DNA of 49,998 nucleotides from a virus (Duplodnaviria > Heunggongvirae > Uroviricota > Caudoviricetes). Location of the stretch: positions 1-49,998 of the IMG/VR virus record IMGVR_UViG_3300015360_001243; one strand, 5' to 3'. The position numbers and the translations under genes were made by a program. Below are positions 23,517-32,100 of this stretch, in pieces; position 1 is the first letter of the stretch; each line of letters opens with the position of its first letter. The notes under the pieces are model-generated. The model searched no databases and was not told the DNA's origin. It worked only from the letters and a program-made list of their open reading frames with translations.

Positions 23517-24419
23517 ATGAGCAACATGGAATTGATTAAGGAGCTTAGGGCTCTGACGCAAGCTGGTATGAAGGACTGCAAAGAGTCGCTTGAAGAAGCA
23601 GGCTGGGACTTGCAGAAGGCTGTGGATATCGTCAAGACCAAAGGACTCAACGTTGTCTCCGGTCGTGCAGGCAAGGTAGCCTCTGAAGGCGCTGTTACCG
23701 TTTGGCATTTCGCTGAAGGTGTGGCAATGGCAGAAGTCAATTGTCAAACAGATTTCGTTGCTAATAGTCCTGACTTCAGGGGATTTGCCCAGAATGTTAC
23801 TCGTGAGATTGCAGATGCAACTCTTAACGGCGAGATGTTTTCTGTTGATACAGTTGAGCAAGAGAGACAAGGAATTGTTTCTACTACTAAAGAAAACGTA
23901 GTTGTTCGTAGATGGTGGGTTGAACAACCTATGTCTCCAGGATCGGCAACATACTCTTATGTTCACTCCAATGGTAAAATTGGTGTTCTAATTACTTTGC
24001 TCGCGCCATCTGCTGACGCTGCAAAAGACTCTGCGTTCCGTGAGCTTGGAGATGATCTTGCTATGCAGATTGCCGCTATGGGCCCGCTAGCCATCTCTCC
24101 AGATCGTTTGGATCCAGTTGAGGTTGAGCGTCAAAAGAATATTTTTGAGACTCAGCTTACTGAGTTGAAGAAGCCACAGGCGGCTTGGCCGAAGATTCTT
24201 GAAGGAAAATTCAACAAGTGGCATACTGAAACCTGTTTGCTTAATCAGGAGTCCGTCGTTCATGCGAAGACTTCGATTGCGCAGGTTATAAAGAATGTTG
24301 GTGTCAAGTTGGGTGGAGACGTCACTGTTGTGAACTTCATCCGTTGCCAGGTCGGCGAAGGCATCGAAAAAGCAAAAGAGAACTTGGCCGATGAAGTCGC
24401 CAAGATGATTAAGGAATGA
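23517..24419 (+). CDS. tsf: Translation elongation factor Ts
   Basis: LIKELRALTQAGMKDCKESL, KVASEG, EVNCQTDFVA, YVHSNGKIGV, DLAMQIAA, RCQVGEG. Confidence 0.95.
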   Translation: MSNMELIKELRALTQAGMKDCKESLEEAGWDLQKAVDIVKTKGLNVVSGRAGKVASEGAVTVWHFAEGVAMAEVNCQTDFVANSPDFRGFAQNVTREIADATLNGEMFSVDTVEQERQGIVSTTKENVVVRRWWVEQPMSPGSATYSYVHSNGKIGVLITLLAPSADAAKDSAFRELGDDLAMQIAAMGPLAISPDRLDPVEVERQKNIFETQLTELKKPQAAWPKILEGKFNKWHTETCLLNQESVVHAKTSIAQVIKNVGVKLGGDVTVVNFIRCQVGEGIEKAKENLADEVAKMIKE

Positions 24420-24712
24420 AAATGACTACCGAACAATTAATGGATAAGTTGACGCAGGCTGCTAGCTATCAATATCGTGATGACAAGACTTCGCCCAGTG
24501 TTGTTATCTCTGCTCTCAAGAAGGGTTACTACTGCTCTGTCGTTCGCTACAGCCAAGCTTTTGCTAAGGGCAAGCAAGTTGTGTGTAACGCTAGGGGTGA
24601 CAGCCTTCCGGTTGCGTTGAAGGAACTTGCTAACAAGTTTTTGGTTATTAATAACGCTCCTCGTGATCCTGTTCAGGAGTTGGGCGACTTGCTTGGTAAG
24701 GATAGCAAATGA
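24416..24712 (+). CDS. Hypothetical protein
   Basis: ATGA coupling with tsf. Confidence 0.65.
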   Translation: MKMTTEQLMDKLTQAASYQYRDDKTSPSVVISALKKGYYCSVVRYSQAFAKGKQVVCNARGDSLPVALKELANKFLVINNAPRDPVQELGDLLGKDSK

Positions 24713-25044
24713 ATCGAGACACTCTGCTTAAGGAGATGAAGGACTCAGTTGGAACTAAAGATCCGGTTGAGTTTTTTGCTAAGTTTACTGATGTCTTTGC
24801 TCTTTTATTTGATCGCATGGATCGTTTAGAGAGGCAAACGGCCTTGGCTATTCATTGGGATTCCAAGATTGCTTCTGATATGATCTCTAAGCAAGTTATC
24901 GTTTTGCGAAAAGATAAAGATACTTATGCTAATGAAATTACTGAACTTAAGAAAGCTTTTGCAGAAGATATCGTAACTCAAAACTATGTTGAGTTTTGTG
25001 CCTTCTGGCAAGACACTTTAGGCTTTCATCCTTTCTTGGACTAA
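24709..25044 (+). CDS. Hypothetical protein
   Basis: ATGA coupling. Confidence 0.65.
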   Translation: MNRDTLLKEMKDSVGTKDPVEFFAKFTDVFALLFDRMDRLERQTALAIHWDSKIASDMISKQVIVLRKDKDTYANEITELKKAFAEDIVTQNYVEFCAFWQDTLGFHPFLD

Positions 25045-25304
25045 CATGAACGCCAAAGAAATCTTTGGGCCAGTAGTTCATTACGTCGTAAGCCAGTCGG
25101 CAAGCCCGGAGAGTTGGTTGAAAGATTGGCTCCTGAAGAGCGTGAGGAGTTAAAAAATCTTACCTCTAAAGATGTAAAAGAAGCTGATCGCAATATTCTA
25201 CTTTACATGACGGGTACGTACCCTGAGTCTACAGTGACAGTTCATACTCATTCTGATAAGAAGAAGGAAGAGTAGGCTGGTAATAGTTTAATATAATTGT
25301 GCAT

Positions 25305-25378
25305 TGGAGAATCGTCTAACGGCAGGACAAGCGACTCTGACTCGCTTTATCTAGGTTCGAATCCTTGTTCTCCAGCCA
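25305..25378 (+). tRNA. tRNA-Gln(CTG)
   Basis: TGGAGAA/TTCTCCA, AGCGA-CTCTGAC-TCGCT, G73, CCA. Confidence 0.93.
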
Positions 25379-25384
25379 CAAACT

Positions 25385-25458
25385 TCTGGAATCGTCTAAT
25401 GGTAGGACGGGGGACTCCGACTCCCCAAATATTGGTTCGAGCCCAATTTCCAGAACCA
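25385..25458 (+). tRNA. tRNA with CCG anticodon (nominally Arg) on a Gln-like D-arm
   Basis: TCTGGAA/TTCCAGA, TCGTCTAATGGTAGGAC D-arm, GGGGA-CTCCGAC-TCCCC, A73, CCA. Confidence 0.85.
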
Positions 25459-25462
25459 GGAT

Positions 25463-25864
25463 ATGAAATTTAGGTATGATTTCGGTGAAAAGCTAGATTT
25501 ATCTAGATTTGTAAAGCAAGCTCCGCATTACATTAATTTGGGCAGAGAGATTGACTTTGAACTTTATGTTCATGATTTCAAAATTAATTTGAATATTGCT
25601 ACTCCTGATCGGCAGACTGCTCATACCGTTTCTCTTTTCATTGAAGAAATCAAAAGGGATACAGATGGCAACATAAAAAGCAGTCGAATAGTTACCCCAT
25701 TAACTGATACAAGGTTTCAAGAGATTCAATCTATTCAGGCTGTGTTTGATAGTACGAGTTACAAATGTCATTTTAATTCTAACTCAAGCGCCGCCACTGT
25801 TGATAAGATTTGTAAAATCTTAAAACTTCTTCACAAAATAAATGGTTTAAAAGCATTCATATGA
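25463..25864 (+). CDS. Hypothetical protein, paralog of 9908-10312
   Basis: PLTDTRF and C-terminal LHKINGLKAFI. Confidence 0.65.
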   Translation: MKFRYDFGEKLDLSRFVKQAPHYINLGREIDFELYVHDFKINLNIATPDRQTAHTVSLFIEEIKRDTDGNIKSSRIVTPLTDTRFQEIQSIQAVFDSTSYKCHFNSNSSAATVDKICKILKLLHKINGLKAFI

Positions 25865-26265
25865 AATCACTTGGTAAGTTGGTGTATTCTCCAAGAACAC
25901 ACCTATCATCATCAGAGCGTTGGCTCGTACTGATGTGTGACGATGAAATCTCAAAGTACTACAGGCACCTATATAGTAAGGATTATCCTTACCTGAATGG
26001 TGGGCAAAGCACTAAGTTAACTAGACCTGTATGGGGCACGCACATCTCGGTTATTCGAGGCGAGCGAATTCCTAACATGAATCTATGGGGTATAGATGCT
26101 AATAAGCTTATTGAATTCGAATATGAATCTGGTGTTATAGACAATGGTGAATACTATTGGTTGAAAGCCAAGTGCCCTTATCTTTCTGAAATTAGAGAGA
26201 AGTATGGCCTTTGGAAGGAGCCAAGATTTGGTTTTCATTTAACCATTGGAAGGACAACAGAATGA
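25861..26265 (+). CDS. 2H phosphoesterase superfamily protein
   Basis: Two Hx(S/T) motifs, GTHISVI and GFHLTIG, about 65 aa apart. Confidence 0.7.
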   Translation: MKSLGKLVYSPRTHLSSSERWLVLMCDDEISKYYRHLYSKDYPYLNGGQSTKLTRPVWGTHISVIRGERIPNMNLWGIDANKLIEFEYESGVIDNGEYYWLKAKCPYLSEIREKYGLWKEPRFGFHLTIGRTTE

Positions 26266-26636
26266 GTGAAGCGAGACCTACATCCACCGTAACGGTAACA
26301 TGCTGGGGTTGTAATGCCTCTGAAACTCATCCGATGAGAAGCCGGTTGGAATACTTTGCTGAGGTAGAAGATCTATTTAGTAGGGGTTGGATGAGGCGAG
26401 CCTTCACTCAATCCTCATGGGATCGGGGCCCTTGGTTTTGTAGTGAAGAATGTGCTTACGAATCTTTCAACGCTAAGCGCGCTGAAGAGTACGAGAAGAA
26501 TAAAGAGCTGGATCGAGAGCGGAGAGAATTTGAAAAGTATTGTAGAGACACTGCAATACCAAGAACTTACTTCGCCGTCTTTGGGTTACTAGTAGCTGGG
26601 TTGTCAGCCTATTTGTTGCGGGGATTCATTCAATGA
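26262..26636 (+). CDS. Hypothetical protein with Cys motifs and a C-terminal TM helix
   Basis: CWGC, FCSEEC, hydrophobic C-terminus; start moved to 26262. Confidence 0.6.
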   Translation: MSEARPTSTVTVTCWGCNASETHPMRSRLEYFAEVEDLFSRGWMRRAFTQSSWDRGPWFCSEECAYESFNAKRAEEYEKNKELDRERREFEKYCRDTAIPRTYFAVFGLLVAGLSAYLLRGFIQ

Positions 26637-27313
26637 TTGATTATCATGAGTTTTATCTAACTCTTATTCGTCACGGACAATCTACAACCAATCAGAATCC
26701 GGATCTGATGGGTCAGGAAGCTGACACGCCCCTTAGTGAGAAGGGTGAGAAGCAAGCCGCTCGCTTGTATGAGAGGTTGAAGCTTAAACCCTTTGATGTG
26801 GTTTATTCTTCTACTTATACTCGTGCTCTGGAGACGGCTCGTATTGCAACTAACTTCAATCGTGACATCATTCAGGTCCCTGACCTTCGTGAGTATAGCG
26901 CTGGTGATTGGACCGGAGCTAGTCGCAGCGAAACAATAACTCTACCAGTAGCAGCCCGCATGAGCCTACTGAACTATTCTTTCTTGCCGCCCAATGGCGA
27001 ATCTTTGGCTCAAGTAGAGCGCAGAGCTTCCTTGTGGGTAGAGAATGAAATTCTTTATAACAAAGAAAAGCAAGACAAGGCTAAGGAATTAGCTAAGACA
27101 AAAGATGTAGCTAATTATATTTGTTTTAGTCACGGAATGACTATTAAGTGTTTGTTACATTACATTCTAGGTTTTGATAAATCAATGGCTTGGAAGGTAA
27201 CTATTGAGAATACTTCAATCTCTCAATTGTATTTTGGAAAGGAAGGATGGAGACTTATTAGTATTAATGATCATGCGCATCTCTCGACCTTATGGTCACC
27301 TAGCGAAATATGA
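26633..27313 (+). CDS. Histidine phosphatase (PGM-like) family protein
   Basis: RHGQS, SSTYTRALETA, LRE, FSHG. Confidence 0.92.
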   Translation: MIDYHEFYLTLIRHGQSTTNQNPDLMGQEADTPLSEKGEKQAARLYERLKLKPFDVVYSSTYTRALETARIATNFNRDIIQVPDLREYSAGDWTGASRSETITLPVAARMSLLNYSFLPPNGESLAQVERRASLWVENEILYNKEKQDKAKELAKTKDVANYICFSHGMTIKCLLHYILGFDKSMAWKVTIENTSISQLYFGKEGWRLISINDHAHLSTLWSPSEI

Positions 27314-27320
27314 GGAAATA

Positions 27321-27851
27321 ATGGGCGCTCAAGAACGAAAACGTCAAAAAAGAATCAAAGAATATGTAATTAATCGAGACGGAATGATCTGTTGCTACTG
27401 CGATCAGGTCCTTACGCCAGAGACTGTTACTATGGAACATATTGTTCCAGACAGTCGTAGAGGGACGTTTAACACTACAAATCTTACTGTATCTTGTTCA
27501 GAACATAATAATAAGAGAGGTAACAAACCTTTTTTTGATTATTGTAAGAAGTTCAATTGGTCAGAGGAGAAAATTGAGAAGTATAAGAAGTTATATTTCA
27601 ATAATCTTAAAATCAAGATTTTAAATATCTCTAAGGAAGAATGTTTACCTAAAGTAGTTAATGCCGACGCACAAGCTGTTCCGCTTGATATAATTCAGCA
27701 GGCCTGCCATGTTCTCAAGATTCGAGGTATGGATTTTTCAGATTATGAAAAGATGTATCAGTTTGAGATTAAGTTTGCAGAGATGGCCGATAAGAAAAGA
27801 ATCAAGTTTTGCTTTGAGCAATTGATTAGAATAATCGAATCGGATTGCTAG
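27321..27851 (+). CDS. HNH-domain protein
   Basis: CCYC, MEHIVP, NLTVSC..HN..RGN; start moved to 27321 after GAGG. Confidence 0.8.
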   Translation: MGAQERKRQKRIKEYVINRDGMICCYCDQVLTPETVTMEHIVPDSRRGTFNTTNLTVSCSEHNNKRGNKPFFDYCKKFNWSEEKIEKYKKLYFNNLKIKILNISKEECLPKVVNADAQAVPLDIIQQACHVLKIRGMDFSDYEKMYQFEIKFAEMADKKRIKFCFEQLIRIIESDC

Positions 27852-27877
27852 GATATATTTCAGTTTAAGGAGTTACT

Positions 27878-28162
27878 ATGAGCGTTCATCCAATTAGAGA
27901 TCAGATTGTTGTTAAAGTCGAAACCGTTAAGAAGCAAGAAGGGCTTATCATTAGACCAGATACTATCGAAGAGAAGTCTGTTGTGGGGAAGGTAGTTGCC
28001 ATTGGTTCTGGTCGCGTAACAGCGAGTGGAACTATTATTCCACTTGATGTAGTCGCGGGAGATCAAGTCAAGTTCAATAAGAACTTGGCAACGGAAGTTA
28101 CCCATGACGGAGAGACCGTCTTCGTTCTTCGTGAAGAACACGTCACCTGCGTTCTTCGCTAA
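27878..28162 (+). CDS. groS: Co-chaperonin GroES
   Basis: PIRDQIVV, GLIIRPD, GKVVAIGSG, V..GD.V, LREE. Confidence 0.9.
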   Translation: MSVHPIRDQIVVKVETVKKQEGLIIRPDTIEEKSVVGKVVAIGSGRVTASGTIIPLDVVAGDQVKFNKNLATEVTHDGETVFVLREEHVTCVLR

Positions 28163-28184
28163 GCTTTTTAACAAAGCACTTTAC

Positions 28185-28220
28185 AAGCCGCCCGTCATGG
28201 TTATGATGAGGCGGCTTTTT
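28185..28220 (+). terminator. Intrinsic terminator
   Basis: AAGCCGCC...GGCGGCTT followed by a T-run after groS. Confidence 0.7.
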
Positions 28221-28229
28221 ATTATTTCT

Positions 28230-28841
28230 ATGAAAAAAGAACCTATTTACGTCAAATGCAATAGCTGTTCTTGGCAACTTGAAAATTATCCCGACCGAAA
28301 TTGGGAAGTAAACCCTTGCCCGCATTGCAAAAATACTCGATTAGTAATTGATCCAAAAGAGATTCTTTGTAATCTCTGTGGAGAATGTATGTGCCCTCTT
28401 GGAACTATGAATGAGCAATGCCCTCATGGCCTTCATGAGGCGCAGGTAACTGGTGGATATGATTCATATCACTTACTAGATATGAATGTATATACTTTCT
28501 CTATCTGTGAAGAATGTCTTCGCAAATTATTTATGGTTGCAAAGATTCCTCCGCAGGTTCATGATGTCCAGGAGCGAGCCCGTGAAGACTATACTTTCGA
28601 AGATGATCAAAAAGCTTATGAGTATCGGGAGTGGAAGTCACTGGGAGGCTTTCATCAGGCATATCTGAATAAGAAATGCAACGCCGAGACCCTCTGCCCC
28701 AAAAAAGCCCTTTACACTGTAATGCTGAATGACGAGTTTACCGAAGACTCCTGCTGCGAAGAACACAAAGATAAATGGACCTTATGCATCAACGCTGATC
28801 TAGTTCCCTTTATTTCCAACGTATTGAAACCATTCCTATGA
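28230..28841 (+). CDS. Cys-rich multi-Zn-finger hypothetical protein
   Basis: CNSC, CPHC, CNLC and CEEC; start moved to 28230, past the terminator. Confidence 0.65.
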   Translation: MKKEPIYVKCNSCSWQLENYPDRNWEVNPCPHCKNTRLVIDPKEILCNLCGECMCPLGTMNEQCPHGLHEAQVTGGYDSYHLLDMNVYTFSICEECLRKLFMVAKIPPQVHDVQERAREDYTFEDDQKAYEYREWKSLGGFHQAYLNKKCNAETLCPKKALYTVMLNDEFTEDSCCEEHKDKWTLCINADLVPFISNVLKPFL

Positions 28842-29458
28842 AATCCTATCCTTCTATTACAAAAGAAATCCGTCATGACATCCACGTCTATGCTTTTGAT
28901 AAGCTAGATGGATCCAATATTAGGGCCGAATGGAATTCCAAAAAGGGATTTTATAAGTTCGGAACTAAGAACCAGCTCATTGATGAAGCTTCCAAACCGT
29001 TCGGTCGAGCCATCCAACTCCTGCGTGACAAGTACGAGTCAGACATCGCTATGGTCTTCAAAGAGCAGAAGTGGCGTGATATTATTTGCTTTTTCGAATT
29101 ACATGGGCCTAGCTCTTTTGCCGGTAATCATAATTTCGAAGAGGATGACCTGACTGTCACCTTGATTGATGCCAATCCTTACAAGGAGGGTATCCTGGAG
29201 CCTAAGGAATTTATAAAGTACTTTGGTCACCTAGACATCCCGAAGGTCCTTTTTGAGGGAAAGGTCACTACAGTTTTATTTGATAAGGTTAAACAATCAA
29301 CCTTGTCCGGTATGACTTGCGAGGGTGTGGTCTGTAAAGGTGCTAGTGACTCGAACGCTAAGATGCCAGTTATGTTCAAAATTAAATCTCAAGCTTGGCT
29401 CGATAAACTACGCCTTTATGTAAAAGGTGATGAAAACTTGTTTAATCTATTATCTTAA
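28838..29458 (+). CDS. RNA ligase-type nucleotidyltransferase, second copy
   Basis: DKLDGSN, ELHG, LIDA, EGVVCK, KIK. Confidence 0.8.
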   Translation: MKSYPSITKEIRHDIHVYAFDKLDGSNIRAEWNSKKGFYKFGTKNQLIDEASKPFGRAIQLLRDKYESDIAMVFKEQKWRDIICFFELHGPSSFAGNHNFEEDDLTVTLIDANPYKEGILEPKEFIKYFGHLDIPKVLFEGKVTTVLFDKVKQSTLSGMTCEGVVCKGASDSNAKMPVMFKIKSQAWLDKLRLYVKGDENLFNLLS

Positions 29459-29505
29459 ATAATTGAATAATAAGACATAAGTGCATAATGCTTTAAGGAG
29501 TATAT

Positions 29506-29784
29506 ATGCGCCCAAGAAATGAACAAGGTGGAGAATTAGTCGTAACTAACTCAGGTCACGTAAAAATTCACCTAAAAGATAATCCACATAGAGTTGAAGT
29601 CTTCTTTAAAAAGAAGAATGCCCCACCACCATGCGACCCTCATCATGGTCATCATCATGATAGATTAGAATGGAGAATTCAACGTTCTCATCATGGTCAT
29701 CATGGTCATCATTATGCATTTGAATTGCATATTAACTGGCACGTTCACGAAATTAGAGAAATTTTCTATATAGTTTATTATTGA
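29506..29784 (+). CDS. His-rich hypothetical protein
   Basis: PHHGHHHD and HHGHHGHH tracts; GGAG SD. Confidence 0.6.
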   Translation: MRPRNEQGGELVVTNSGHVKIHLKDNPHRVEVFFKKKNAPPPCDPHHGHHHDRLEWRIQRSHHGHHGHHYAFELHINWHVHEIREIFYIVYY

Positions 29785-29791
29785 GGTCTTA

Positions 29792-30757
29792 ATGAAGATC
29801 TTAGTCTATGGCTACTATGGTAAGTCTAACTTAGGCGACGATCTATTTGCGGATGCTTTTAATAAATTATTTCCTACTTTTCAATTTGTATTTTCTGATA
29901 ATATTAAAGTAGATCATCTCAAAGATATTGATGCCGTCTTTTTTGGAGGCGGCTCTTTTCTTGCCGAATCCTTAAAGGCAACGCCCGAAGCATTTGAAGA
30001 GCTAAAGAAGCGCAAGCTCTTCTATATTGGTGTAGGAAGTGAAACGGCTCTTGATCCTAGACATCAAGAGTTAATGGCATTGGCACAATTGGTTGCAGTT
30101 AGAACTGATCAAAATTTTGATAGTATCAAAGAATTAAATTCTAATTCTATGGTTATTCCTGATTTAGTTTATTCACTAAACGGGAAACTATCAGAAAATA
30201 AATTAGATAAATCCATTTTAGTTATTCCAAATATCTTAGTAGTCCCTAAATGGAATGATCCTCATTGGAAACATGCCTCTTGGGAATATTTCAAAATTGA
30301 GTTTGCCCAAGTAACTGATCAATTAATAAGAGATGGATACAGGGTTGACTTTCTTCCATTTTGTGAGAACATCTATCTTAATGATTCTTATGCTGCCGGC
30401 GAGTTGATATCTAGAAGCAACACCATTACTGAGAAGAAGTTGCATGACAAACCCAACAATTTTCAAGCCGCTCTAGACATTATCTCTCAGTACAAATTGG
30501 TAGTTACACAAAGATTTCACGGGAAGATTTTGGCAGACTTGGCCGAGGTCCCTAGTTTAACCATTTATCATCACGATAAATTGAAAGGCGTCAATAGTGT
30601 ATCAACTCCTTACTATGGTGCATCTAAAGCAACTCTACTAGATAATATAAAAAGAGTAATTGCTAATTATGGGGTCGTTCTACCAATAGATCGAGATATA
30701 TTTAGAGAACTTAGCCGAAGGGTGGAATATGCGTTATGTCGGAGCCAAGAACAATAA
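29792..30757 (+). CDS. Polysaccharide pyruvyl transferase family protein
   Basis: GYYGKSNLGDD, GGGS, VRT, PDLV, RFHG. Confidence 0.85.
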   Translation: MKILVYGYYGKSNLGDDLFADAFNKLFPTFQFVFSDNIKVDHLKDIDAVFFGGGSFLAESLKATPEAFEELKKRKLFYIGVGSETALDPRHQELMALAQLVAVRTDQNFDSIKELNSNSMVIPDLVYSLNGKLSENKLDKSILVIPNILVVPKWNDPHWKHASWEYFKIEFAQVTDQLIRDGYRVDFLPFCENIYLNDSYAAGELISRSNTITEKKLHDKPNNFQAALDIISQYKLVVTQRFHGKILADLAEVPSLTIYHHDKLKGVNSVSTPYYGASKATLLDNIKRVIANYGVVLPIDRDIFRELSRRVEYALCRSQEQ

Positions 30758-32012
30758 AATCTGTGTAATATCAGATGAAATGATTGAGAATGATCAATTA
30801 GAGGTTATTGAAGTTCCAAATGAGTTATCTCATGTACCTTCCATGGAATTGGTTACCAATTGTAGGATAAAAAATGGTAAGATAACTTCTAAGTTGGCTC
30901 GTAAGTCCGCTAAGAATATGAAGGTTGCCTTAATTGGCAATTGGAAAATGAAATGTGGAATCGCTACTTATTCTGAGAATTTGTGGGCAGAAGTAGTGAA
31001 ACATGTTGGCGATTTCAAGATGTTCATTGAGAACAATGAGCATTCCCTTGGCGCTCTTAACGAAATTGGTGGTGAAACTTTCTCCCCTGACAAAGTTTCG
31101 GCCTGTTGGAAACGCGGGCACTCCCTTCAAGAACTAGTTAGACAACTTAAAGAGTATGATCCTGATGTCATTTGGATTCAACATGAATTCGGGTTATGGC
31201 CTAACGCCATGCACTGGCTTTCTTTTATGAACCAAATGGCAGACTATCGAGTCATCGTTACCATGCACTCTGTCTTTCATCATAAAGACAAGACTATTGT
31301 TGAGGCTGCTATGCCCGAGATAGTTGTTCATCTTGATGGGGCTAAGCAAGTTCTCAAAGAAGAGAAGCAAATTCCTGGCAAAGTTTATGTTATTCCTCAC
31401 GGATGTTTTCCTTGTACTAATCGTGAAAAGCTTTGGAATTTCTATAAGTCAGAAAAAACATTTCTACAATTTGGATTTGGTTTCCGTTATAAAGGTTGGG
31501 AGAATGCTATCAAAGCCACCGCCGAACTAAAAAAGAAGCATCCCGATGTCTTCTTCACTGGGTTATTCTCTGAGTCGCCTCATAATAAATCAGAGCATGA
31601 GCTTTACTATAATGAACTAATGGAACTAGTTCAGCAGTTAGGTATCGAAGAAAACGTAGCAATCCTCCGTGGTTATCAATCTGAGGAGACGCTAGACAGC
31701 TACATGAGAACTAATCAAGCAACCTTGTTCCCTTACATCTCTCATCCTCAGCATGAAGTCTTTGGAGCATCGGGTGCTGCTCGCATTGCAATGGCCAAAG
31801 GATTGCCGGTTGTTACCTCTTCTGTTAATCATTTCTCGGACTTACCAACTATTAAGGCCGATACCGCAGAGGAAATCGCAAAAGCCCTTGATCAACTATT
31901 TACTGACAAGCAATTTCGTCAAGATCAAGTAGAGAAACAAATAGAGTATCTTAAGGAAAACACCTGGGAAAACATTGCCAAGAAGTACATCTGTTTGTTT
32001 GAAAATGGTTGA
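30729..32012 (+). CDS. GT-B glycosyltransferase (GT4-like)
   Basis: CGIATYS, IQHEFG, TMHS, IPHG, FGFGFRYKG, SGAARIAMAKG.PVV. Confidence 0.85.
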   Translation: MRYVGAKNNKICVISDEMIENDQLEVIEVPNELSHVPSMELVTNCRIKNGKITSKLARKSAKNMKVALIGNWKMKCGIATYSENLWAEVVKHVGDFKMFIENNEHSLGALNEIGGETFSPDKVSACWKRGHSLQELVRQLKEYDPDVIWIQHEFGLWPNAMHWLSFMNQMADYRVIVTMHSVFHHKDKTIVEAAMPEIVVHLDGAKQVLKEEKQIPGKVYVIPHGCFPCTNREKLWNFYKSEKTFLQFGFGFRYKGWENAIKATAELKKKHPDVFFTGLFSESPHNKSEHELYYNELMELVQQLGIEENVAILRGYQSEETLDSYMRTNQATLFPYISHPQHEVFGASGAARIAMAKGLPVVTSSVNHFSDLPTIKADTAEEIAKALDQLFTDKQFRQDQVEKQIEYLKENTWENIAKKYICLFENG

Positions 32013-32100
32013 TTTCTGCAATTACTGATAAAAAGTGATAATTTCTATGAAAGATATGATATATGTGTGATTGAAGGTTTATTGCCTTTAAGGAGTACAA

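Noticed and set aside
25045-25276. Overlapping short frames (35-aa ATG ORF and a longer frame with a TTG start after GGAG), possible frameshift gene
   Set aside because: No clear slippery site or homology evidence; cannot decide between a TTG-start peptide, a frameshift and noise.
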